Made by a program: the position numbers and the translations under genes. Below, piece after piece: positions 1-10,270 of a DNA stretch of 64,000 nucleotides. Source of the DNA: Octopus sinensis (lineage: Eukaryota); assembly GCF_006345805.1 (NCBI RefSeq), contig NC_043004.1, forward strand, positions 28,210,001 through 28,274,000. Reading direction: 5' to 3'. Each line of letters begins with the position of its first letter. The stretch's first letter is position 1. The notes below the pieces were generated by a model. It was given only the letters and a program-made list of their open reading frames with translations, was not told the DNA's origin and ran no database searches.

Positions 1-45
1 ATTGATGGAAAAGTTGATAGGTAGTGTGAGCTATGTAGATTGTGG

Positions 46-482
46 GGATCTTTTCGGTTTGAACGGCAGTTTTTTCTAGTGGTGTCATATGAAATTGTCA
101 CCCTTAATTATGACCCTAGTATCGATCTATTGCATTTCAATCTGTTTTAGGGTTAGGGTTAGTTAGGATTAGTTAGGGTTAGGGGTGGGGCGAAGGGTAT
201 CTTTTTTTCTTCACAAATGTAAATAAACCCAATCTTTTTCTTAAACGAGGGACATATTCACACGGCACAGAATGTTTTTACCTCAATAGACGTCATTGAT
301 TGGTTGAAATTGCAGAAATTGAAGAAAAAAAACAAACAAATATCTTACAAACTATAGAATTTTCTCAATAAAGCCAAGAGAAAAAGATGTTTATAAATAC
401 ATTCTACCAGTATACGAAGTTTAAAAGTGTTTAGTTACGTGGAAATTATTTTTAAAAACTGCCGTTCAAACCGAAAAGATCC
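46..482 (+). mobile_element. Non-autonomous DNA transposon (MITE), 437 bp, 28-bp TIRs, 8-bp TSD, internal TTAGGG array (copy 1)
   Basis: GGATCTTTTCGGTTTGAACGGCAGTTTT (46-73) is the exact reverse complement of 455-482. GATTGTGG flanks both ends (38-45, 483-490). An inverted second copy lies at 35254-35681. Confidence 0.93.
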
Positions 483-1394
483 GATTGTGGTCTAAATCAA
501 TTTCGGTCATCTGTAGTTTTACAATAGCAACTGTTTCACTTGGTGTCGTGACAAACATCGTTGTATTGTCTTTCCTATTATAAAGATTATTGTTAAAGTA
601 GACAATGGTGATGAATAAACCAACCAGTTCCTGAATGTGACTTGTTATCTTCACACGAGCTTTGAAAGTCAGTTATACACGAAACGTATAGTGGCTTAGT
701 TTTCATTGAAATAACCTAAAACAATCTCAACAAAAATAACCTTATCATATCAAAACTAGATAGGTTGTCGTCTTTTGTTTATGTTTTACACACATGAAAG
801 GAATACGCTTCTTGTTTGCCAAACAATAAATTATACATTACTTGTGATAATACATATCACAGTTGTTATTAAACGTAACAGAGAAACTTCATTTTCCCGA
901 CCGACTTTACTACATGTAATTGTGGACTGTCTAGATAACAGCCCTTATAACATAATTTATTTATATTTCGTCTACATTTCTTAGAAATCTGACAATTGTC
1001 GATTGGAATACATGAATGCGTGAATAATTGAATTTATTTTTTTTTAAACACACGAGTCGCTGAATATCAATGTGTGTATGTGCATATATATACATACATA
1101 CATACATAAACAAAGTGTTCGTTTATGTGAAACTATATCTGTGTATACATATTTTGTGTGTGTGTGTGTGCGTGTGTATTCCATTTACTATGCTTGTCTA
1201 ACGTCTCAGGTTCAACTTAAGCACTTCTATGCAGTCTGTATCTTTCGTAAGAAAAATATAACTATACATATACAAATTATGGGTGTTAAGTTCACATGTG
1301 ATCTAAACGATTAGGTACACTAGGTAGGTGCTGTAACTGATTACTGGAGCTCCAAGGTAGTTATGCAACAATTGCAGATTTTCGATGCAGCAGA

Positions 1395-1655
1395 TATATA
1401 ATTGTTAAAGAGGACAACAAACGTTAAGGCAAAGCAAACATCTCAAGTCGTATACATTATTATTGTCATTGGAAAAAGTTCAAAGTCTTACAGTTGTTTC
1501 TGGCATATCTCCCAGTATAGGATTTGTCTCTGATGATGGAATATCCCAGAAACATCTGTAAGACTTTGAATTTTTTCCAATAATGATAATAATAATAATG
1601 TAGACGACTTGAGATGTTTGCCTTAATGTTTGTTGCCCTCTTTAACAGCTATATA
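1395..1655. mobile_element. Inverted-repeat remnant, probably a Penelope-like element pseudo-LTR pair
   Basis: Imperfect ~115-bp arms (1395-1508, 1541-1655) around a 32-bp spacer. The right part holds a hammerhead motif and the left arm holds its inverted 3' half. Confidence 0.6.
1526..1564 (+). ncRNA. Minimal type-I hammerhead ribozyme motif
   Basis: GTCT-CTGATGA-TGG(AATATC)CCA-GAA-ACA(TC)TGT-A-AGAC. Stem I GTCT/AGAC, intact CUGAUGA and GAAA core, stem II TGG/CCA, GUA cleavage triplet. Confidence 0.72.
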
Positions 1656-1980
1656 TACATATATATGCATATTATGTAGGACGATATTCGAAATAAACCC
1701 AACCATAATTTTATTGTTTAAGTATTTTTTGTGCGTCTGAGAATTGTCTTAATATTAGAGTATTAAACATTAATAATTGCGATTTTGAGAGAAAAACGTC
1801 TCAACATTAGTTTTCATGATTTTCCAGCCCTTATTTTCTTCTTTTGAATACGCATCCTACCGAAACAATTTTATTTGTGACATTTTTCCCCGTTTTCGAA
1901 ATCCTCTTTGCAATGGTATCGATGAGTGTGTGTCTGTATGTGTGTGTGTGTTTAAGTGCGTGTGCGCGCGTTTATATATA

Positions 1981-2992
1981 TATTGCGTTCCTGAAAGTTC
2001 TGAGCGTTTTTAACCTAAATTTTTTAATGCTTCAGTAAACACACCTGAAACGTAACACAGTTAAAATTTTGGCGTTGCTTGAAGAGATAGTGCATCTATT
2101 TTTTTTTCCTGATTTAAGATAGATTTAGCTTTGATTCTGATCACCCTTTATTGACATTTGAAATGGATAACCAAAAATTTCATATTCCCGTTGCAATGCT
2201 TTTCTTTTTTTTTAAAAAAAGAAGAAAATGCTGCAAAGACTTGCAAATACATTTGTGAAGTTTATGGTGATGATGCTGTTGGGGAATCAACAGTTCGAAA
2301 GTGGTTTGCAAAATTTAAAGCTGGAGAGTTTAGCTTGGGAGATGACAGTTGCAGTGGGAAACCTTCAGAATTGGATGAAGATGCTTTGAAGGCAAAAAAC
2401 GAAGAAAACTCAAATATCATGACTAGAGAACTTGCAGAGTAGTTGGACGTTTCTAAAATTACGGTTCATGAATACCTAGTGAAGCTAGGATAGATTTCTC
2501 GCTATAATGTATGGGGCCCTCAAAAACCCTCAGAAAACAATTGCTTGGACAAGTATTCCGTTTGTAATATGCGTTTGAAACGGAAAGCATGCTATTTTTG
2601 AAACAACTTGTAACTGAAGATGAAAAATAGGTTGAATACGAAGTGTTCCAGCAAGACAATGCCCGACCACATGTGTCTTTGGCTACCCGAATAGAGTTAC
2701 ATGAACTTGCCTTGGATCTCTTACTCCATCCACCATATTCTCCTGATATTTCGCCATCCGATTGCCACTTGCTTTTGTTTCTGCGGAACTCATTGCAAGG
2801 AAAAACATTTACCGATTTAGATGGTATCAAAATGCACCTAGATAACTTTTTTCTACCAAACCAGTCAAATTTTATGCTGATGGAATATTTAAATTGCCTG
2901 ACAGATGGACAAAGGTCACAAAAATAATGGAAATTATTCATATTCCTTTTTGAATATTAAAAGACGCTTAGAACTTTCCGGACAACCTAATA
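1981..2992 (+). mobile_element. Degenerate mariner (DD34D) transposon with internal deletion
   Basis: HTH region (ENAAKTCKYICEVYGDDAV..TVRKWFAKFK), WGPQKP (from WVPHEL), VTEDEK, QQDNARPH, HPPYSPDISPSD with exactly 34 residues between the last two Asp. In-frame stops and a frameshift. Degenerate TIRs at 1981-2010 and 2960-2992 in TA-rich flanks. Confidence 0.93.
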
Positions 2993-2993
2993 C

Positions 2994-3025
<32 letters not shown>

Positions 3026-3090
3026 ATATATGTATATATGTATATATCTATATATCTATATCTATACCTATATCTATATATATATGTATG

Positions 3091-3122
<32 letters not shown>

Positions 3123-3711
3123 AATTATAATATATATATATATATAGACACATACACTTCTTGCATTTCACTTGCCTTTTTTGCAAAAAAACAAATAAAA
3201 ATAAAAATTCATAGGATTCAATAGAATTGCCAACAACTAATGCAATTTGAGTTGAGGATATATTGTAGAGGAATAAAGAACTATTGAAATTTGATACATT
3301 TTGGAATGCTCGTCATACTTTTACAAGAGCGTCAAGAAATGCAATGTATAAAGGGATTAAATAGTAAAACTGAACCAATACCGGATGTAGAACCATTTAA
3401 ATATTTATATTATTTTCTATATCTTAAAGCTAGAAAGAAAAACAGAAAGGTTTCCAAGGATTTCCTATGCCTTGACAGTTTCCGTTTGTGAATATCTTTT
3501 AAGCTTTCATTAAAAAATTTTGCAAAGAATCAGATAAAACTATAAAGTTGATTCTTTCTCCATATCATATTTTAGTGGGAATAGAATTAAATACAGATCT
3601 TATTGATGATTATAGATTATTAAGGGCTTCAACATACATTCCTAGGCATGGCCGAGTGGTTAAGAAGTTCGTTTCGTTTTATGTATTTGTTGTGATTTTT
3701 CACTCTGTTTA

Positions 3712-3930
3712 AGGTGGCAAGCTGGCAGAATCATTAGCAATCATGGCAAAATGCTTACAAGCATCTCGTACATCTTTAAGTTCCGAGATCAAATTCCGCC
3801 GAGGTCGACTTTGCCTTTCATACTTTGGGGCTTGATAAAATAAGTGCAAGTTGAACACCGGGCTCGATGTGATCGACTAAGCCATTTCCACGAAATTGCT
3901 GGCCTTGTGCCAAAATTTTAAACCAATTTA
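3712..3930 (+). mobile_element. tRNA-derived SINE, family A, with 12-bp TSD
   Basis: Head GGTGGCAAGCTGGCAGAATC..AAATTCCGCC; body GAGGTCGACTTTGCCTTTCAT..GATAAAATAAGT. TCACTCTGTTTA is duplicated at 3700-3711 and 3931-3942. Confidence 0.85.
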
Positions 3931-4321
3931 TCACTCTGTTTAGAGATTAACTTTACAGCAAGCACAGGAAACCGAGTTTGCAAGAACAGGAAGCCGAGGT
4001 TCAATTCCTGAATGAAACAAATAGAGTAAGGCTAAGCAGGCAGGAAACTATCAGAAATATACCCACGTGATCATACATATAAGCTTATTCAGTTTTTAAT
4101 ATACGTTGCCGTTCATACGATGCAAGCAAGAAGTAAAATAAGAAGGAAAAGAGACTGAGAAATTAAGAGACATATGGAATAGAGAAAATGTCGTTGTTGG
4201 GTCTTGACTACGGGTCTCTGTATCTATCCTTAGCAAAGACTACCTTCGACTATATTCCTGGCTGTGTTATGGGATTTTCTTCTGTCACTTATTCCCTTGT
4301 TGACTACTTCTAGTACATACG

Positions 4322-4322
4322 T

Positions 4323-4372
<50 letters not shown>

Positions 4373-4423
4373 ATATGTGTGTGTGTGTGTATAAACGTAT
4401 ATATATATTATATATAATATATA

Positions 4424-4520
<97 letters not shown>
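4322..4520. repeat. (TG)n followed by (TA)n microsatellite
   Basis: Direct inspection. Confidence 0.95.
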
Positions 4521-4522
<2 letters not shown>

Positions 4523-4881
4523 GGTCCCGGGTTGAGTCGGGGTTAACCACAGTAAACAAGGTACTCAATACATAGCAGAGTAAATTAATTTATTTTATAG
4601 AAATTAAATATATATATATATATATATATATGTACGTATGTATATGTATGTATACAACAAGTATGCCATTACAGGAATTTACCTGTATCAATAGATATCG
4701 AATCTTATGTAAGCCATGGTGCATATAGAGAGAATTACATTCCTGAAAACTTATAAAAACTTTAATAAAAGTATACACATTTTAAATTTACAATGTATTC
4801 ACTTCTTTATTGAGTTGTGGACGTTTTGATTTTAATTTGTGAAATATACTGCATACATACATAGATACATACATACATACA

Positions 4882-4912
<31 letters not shown>

Positions 4913-7494
4913 GGGTACATGCCCATATACGCACACATTCTCATAATATATGCACGTACACACATATGCATTTACACTTTCATATTATGTGTATGCATAT
5001 GTAGATGTATACATACGTGCACACAAGCACACACAAAAAAGATTAAAGGGAAATAACTCAAGTAGGTTCATGTGGTGAATCTGAATCTATATAATTTAAG
5101 TAGGTAATGATGTACAAAATGACGTACGGGTTCAAATACTACAAATAAATGAAGAGTTTCTATTTATAGAAAACAAATTATATACCCGATCTCAATGTTG
5201 AGCAACTTCTAAAAACAATAAGAGAGAGGGAGAGAGAGAGAGAGAGGGAGAGAGTGTGGAGGAAAACGCGAGAGAGAGGGAGAGATATTTCTTAAATTTT
5301 AATTACTTCAAATTATCTCCTTTCCTCTTTAAAAGTTGCTAGCCATTGCCTTTTGGTTTTTGTATTTTTTAAACAATTACGATGCAAATTTCCAATCACC
5401 GAGAATTCTTTGAGCATGCCATACAACGCCGTATGACCTACTTGTATTACATATGTGTGTGTACGTATGTATTTCTGTCTCTGTGTGTTTGTATGTGTCT
5501 ATATATATATATATAGTTGTATTGATGTTTGAAGTAAGTGCTTGGCGTCAAATTTTAGTCCCTTATTTGCAGTGATATACATAGCTATAACTCCTCATCT
5601 CATTCACTGAAACTAAATTCTAATGTTTGACAACAAGATTTACTTGTTTTCCATACTATACTTTACAAGGTCCTACATCTTGATAAACTGGTCCTGACAC
5701 TATCTTTTAGCATTGTTCACTTCTACTCTGTGTATAAAGATCTTTTCTCCTGATACACCAGACATGAATAGCTTTCTTTGTCAGCGTTTAATTTTCCTTT
5801 GGATTTTCATTTATTTTATTATCGTCGTCGTCGTCGTTGACGCCGTAGTTATCATAATCATCATAATCATCATCATCTTCATCATCTTCTATTTTGCACC
5901 TGTTTTATTTTTCCCTCTTAGCTTTGATATGATGTTGATGGGTTATGTAAACCTCAAGTCTTTAGATAAAGTAAACATATCGCTTTTGGCAAAGCAATTA
6001 TCTTGTTGATCAATAAAGTGAATTAACATATGAAGGATACAACAGAAAATGTGAGAACAGTATTAGACGAGAACATGCATGCCTGTGTGTGTGTGAGAGA
6101 GAGAGAGAGTGTGTGAGGGGGAGAGAAATACGGAGAGGGTGAGAGAGAGAGAGGGATCGTGAGAGGGGGCGAGAGAGGGAGAGAGAAGGAGAGAGAGATG
6201 AAGATAGAGGGAGAGTGTGTATGTGCATGTGTATGGTAGTGGTTGATAGAGGGAGAGAGAAAAAGGGTTTGTGTTAATCTAAAGAGACAGCTCTAACTAT
6301 CAAGATCATTATTATTGCCATACACCATTAAAGAACAGACATTTCGTATTTACTGACATGTATGGCATTATAAAGACTAAGAGACATGGAGCGTGTCTTT
6401 GCTCAATTATATCTATACCTTTTTATCGAAGCATAAGACCAATTTTTGAAAGTATTGTATATAGCTAATTGAATCTATCCTCGTATATTAATTACGCATT
6501 TCTTATTACGAAACTCGGGCTTGTTTCTGTTATTGTCTATTATTGTTTAGCCTCAGGTCAGTTTTGACAAGCAGAGCTATAATCGAAGACATTCCGAAAC
6601 TATATTGTCCAGTGAGTCCTCCTACATTTAAGACGATGCGTTGCGATATGAGGGAACATAACTGTTATTTCTAAGTAAAGCGTGTAGGATATTGGCAATT
6701 TAATTCATCCAAGTATACAGTATAGGTAACAGAATACCATAATAGAATATAGATAATTCAATCCATCCCAGTATGGGGTAAGTAACTGAATACATTGATA
6801 GAGTATAGAAAACCGAATCCGACCTTATGTAGAATATACGTTATCGAATCGAAAGCAATATAGTGTATATTTAATTTAATCCATTCTAATACATGGTGTT
6901 ACTTATCCCTTTGACTACTGTAGAATAGAATGTAAAGCCGATCAAAGTAGCTCCTATAGTCAAAACATAGAGCTGTCTATGACACTAACTTCAGTAAGAT
7001 CTGGTTTAACGATTAACCCTTTTTATCATGTCATGTTTTTCCTTATTCCAATATCATGAAACCTTCACTTAAAATGACTTAATAGCTATATAGCAAAACT
7101 GTATAACTATGATAAACACTATATACTTTACAATTTGTTTCATTTCTTGCATTCATTCCAAAGTTCCTCCTAATCCAGGTGTCAATTTTTTCACTATCTT
7201 CCTCATTATACAACCAACCAAAGTTATATTTAGTATGGGAGAAGTCGAATATCAGAGAGCGCCGAATAAAATGACTTTCAGTGTTTAATTACTTCATTTG
7301 TTTTACTTCAAACATTGCCGCGATAGTCTATTTCTCCCCCAACCTATATATCTGTGGTTTTGTGTCAATATTAGAAATCGATAGAATATTTGTCAAGTAG
7401 TGGTAGAAATAGCAGGACACAAAAGTGTAGTTCTCTAGAAAGCTAGTAGTTACTTTATAATGGCAGCCACAGTGATAAAGGGAATATTGATTTT

Positions 7495-7700
7495 TCAAGA
7501 TTGGCACAAGGCCACATAATGTGGGAGAGGAGTACAGTCGATCAAATCAACCTCAGTGCTTGACTGCTAGATATTTTATAAAACCCCGAAGGATAAATGG
7601 CTATGTCGACTTCGGCAGAATATTAACTCAGATGGTAAAGAGACATAACTCAATATCGCATGGCATTTTGCCCGCTAACACTTCCAATCCCGCCATCTTA
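7495..7700 (-). mobile_element. SINE family A, diverged copy
   Basis: Reverse-complement match to the 3712 and 10063 copies (GGCACAAGGCC, GTCGACTTCGGCAGAAT). Confidence 0.7.
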
Positions 7701-7950
7701 TTACCCTACCAGGTCAGCTTATTTATAGCTGTACGTGGTTCATCATTAGATGTGTATATCTTAAATATATGTAAGTACACGTCTCATTATTTTCTGTGTG
7801 TCTACTTTGAGGCATTAAAGATGTACATATATATATTTGAGACTAAATCGTTTCTTATATATATCAAATAATGGTTGAAGAAATGGAAAGTTTCGAACAA
7901 AGAGATGCTGTATAGCATATTTGATTCCCGGTAGGAGATGTTTCACTTAC

Positions 7951-7962
7951 TCCTGTTATATC
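7951..7962 (-). CDS. Candidate 12-nt microexon (GATATAACAGGA)
   Basis: Minus strand reads catgctttttttccgcag|GATATAACAGGA|gtaagt. Frame-preserving length. Splice signals only, no protein identity. Confidence 0.35.
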
Positions 7963-8762
7963 CTGCGGAAAAAAAGCATGACTCTTTCAACCTCCCATAG
8001 AGCGTACTCAGTGAAGTTACTGTAAGGTTACTCATCTCTAATCACAAAGAAAGATCAGTTTGTTGTTTATCACATTAGTACGTTACATATGTGTGTGTGA
8101 GTGTGTGAGAGAGTACGCATGTATGTTTATATGTAGTATATATGTACAGCCATGTGCATATATGAATGTATTAGCATATCACTGTGTATGTATATATGTG
8201 TATGCGTATGCGCGTGTATGTGAGTGCGTGTGTGTGTGTGTACGGGGGGGGGTCAGCTTAGTGTAGCTGAATGTTATTTATAGATAATAGTTTGCTTGTT
8301 CGTTTTTAAAGAAATAAAAAAAAATCAGCAGCAAAATAAAGTATCAAAAAATTGACATAAATCAATATAAAATATTTTAACAAAATGATTTCCGTTAAGA
8401 GGATGATAATTTTTTTTGTTTAAAAACCAAAGCTTATAAAATTAAATACTAAATACTTAAGCTCTTGTGCTGAACAAAAAACAGAATATTTAAAAATATA
8501 AAAGCCACAAATTTGTTTATTAAATAACATTAGCTATGTACAAATGCTTGAAATAGTATTTCTATGTATATGTGTAAATATGTGCGTGTGTGCGCGCGCG
8601 CGTATGCTTGCAAATTCTTTATTACAGTGTTTTGTCCAAAGCCTTGCAGAAGATTTTAGCATTGTAATGATCGAGGATATAATAGTTACATAAAGGTGCG
8701 AAATGTTTATGTTCAAGTCTGCAACCCAACTAAGTAGTCTGTGTCCTTACCACATGCAATCT

Positions 8763-8794
<32 letters not shown>

Positions 8795-8875
8795 TAGTAG
8801 TAGTAGTAGTAGTAGTAGTAGTTTTCGTTGTTGTTGTCGTTTAAGGTGGTGAGTTGGGAAGGAAGGACGCAAACC

Positions 8876-8902
8876 ATGACCTCTGCAGTTCCTCCAAGAC
8901 TG
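8876..8902 (+). CDS. Candidate first coding exon MTSAVPPRL
   Basis: caaaccATG context, 9 codons, then CTG|gtaaga donor. No homology recognised. Confidence 0.2.
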
Positions 8903-10062
8903 GTAAGATTGATGCTGTTATTGTTCCATTTTAACTGTTGTAGGCCAACATCAATAAAAAAAATTAAATAAATAAATAAACAAGAACTGGGAGGAGATTC
9001 CAGAAGTCCGATTTCCCGAGAATGAAGAATTGGTGATAACTGTCTTTGCAGAGTCGGAGAGGTTGGGACGCAACAACGATGTCGAGAGGTGTAGAGACAA
9101 GTTGCTAAGGTTTTGCCTGAGCGGTGCAAAATCCGAGAACAACCAGTTCTGAAAAGCAGAAGCTATTAGATAGAAAAGACAGGTAGAAGTAATAGCAGAC
9201 ATGTAGGTCAGAGTATGAAGCAAGTCTGTTTTTCTGCCTGTGGTTATTGTTATTGTTGTTGTTTTACCCAGGTTCAGCGCTAATAGTACGACACTATACC
9301 TAGAGGTGTGTCAGCCGTAATTTTCCTTCAGTTTGTTTATTCAGAATTACAATATTTATCGCTTTTTTTTTTTTTAAATACGTGGAGTGTAGTATGAATG
9401 CACCCAACACCAGAGCTGAAGACACCTCCGAAAGGAGGGGGCCCCGTCAGGTCAAAACGGTAGAGGAGTAGGGGCCGAAACCGGACGTGGTTCCTCCTGA
9501 TGATGTCTTGAGCTAACTGGATCCTATAAAGGATCTATTGTGGTAGCAGACCACGAAACACGGTTGTAATTTCATTCCTAACAGCTATCTGTAGCAGTTC
9601 AAGGCAGTGATTTTCCCTGTGGTATCTACGCACACAGAAATGGAACAGGCCAGTGATAAGAGACGAATTGTTAATTCATTGAGAAACCGACACGCTATTA
9701 AGTTGGTTTCTTCGTTATAAAGCTTCACCGTGATGTGACAGGTTACATTAGTCAACGTATCCTTGTATGGCTATCACTTTGTCCTACTATCTCCAGTGGT
9801 ATGTGAAACAAACGACGTAAGAATATATAGCAATACATTGTGATATTTGTTGTGATATTGCCGTATTGCAACGTTGTATATCATCGTCATCGTTTAATGA
9901 ATATTTCCTTTTTTAAAGAGGGTATTGTGAGATTTGAGAAAGATTTGACTGCTATTTTAAAGAGATCAAATAACCGCTTATACACTGTACTCTGCCGGAG
10001 TCGATTTAATCGAATAGAAAAACGAGGAAGTGAAAAATGTTAGGAAGAAGAGGCATCTGTTC

Positions 10063-10270
10063 AGGCGGCGAGCTGGCAGAAACGTTAGCACGACGGGCGA
10101 AATGCTTAGCAGTATTTCGTCTGTCGCTACGTTCTGAGTTCAAATTCCGCCGAGGTCGACTTTGCTTTTTAGTTCGAGGTCGATAAATTAAGGACCAGTT
10201 GCATACTGGGGTCGGTCAAATCGACTGGCTCCCGCCACCAAAATTTCGGGCCTTGTGCCTAGAGTTGAAA
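10063..10270 (+). mobile_element. SINE family A
   Basis: GGCGGCGAGCTGGCAGAAACGTTAGC..GAGTTCAAATTCCGCCGAGGTCGAC..GGCCTTGTGCC; A-box-like and B-box-like motifs in the head. Confidence 0.88.

Noticed and set aside
147-190. True telomere or chromosome-fusion scar
   Set aside because: Only a few TTAGGG units, lying inside a TIR/TSD-bounded element that recurs at 35254.
483-1070. Sequence interrupted by the MITE, possibly an older repeat
   Set aside because: No second copy, termini or coding motif within the window to support a call.
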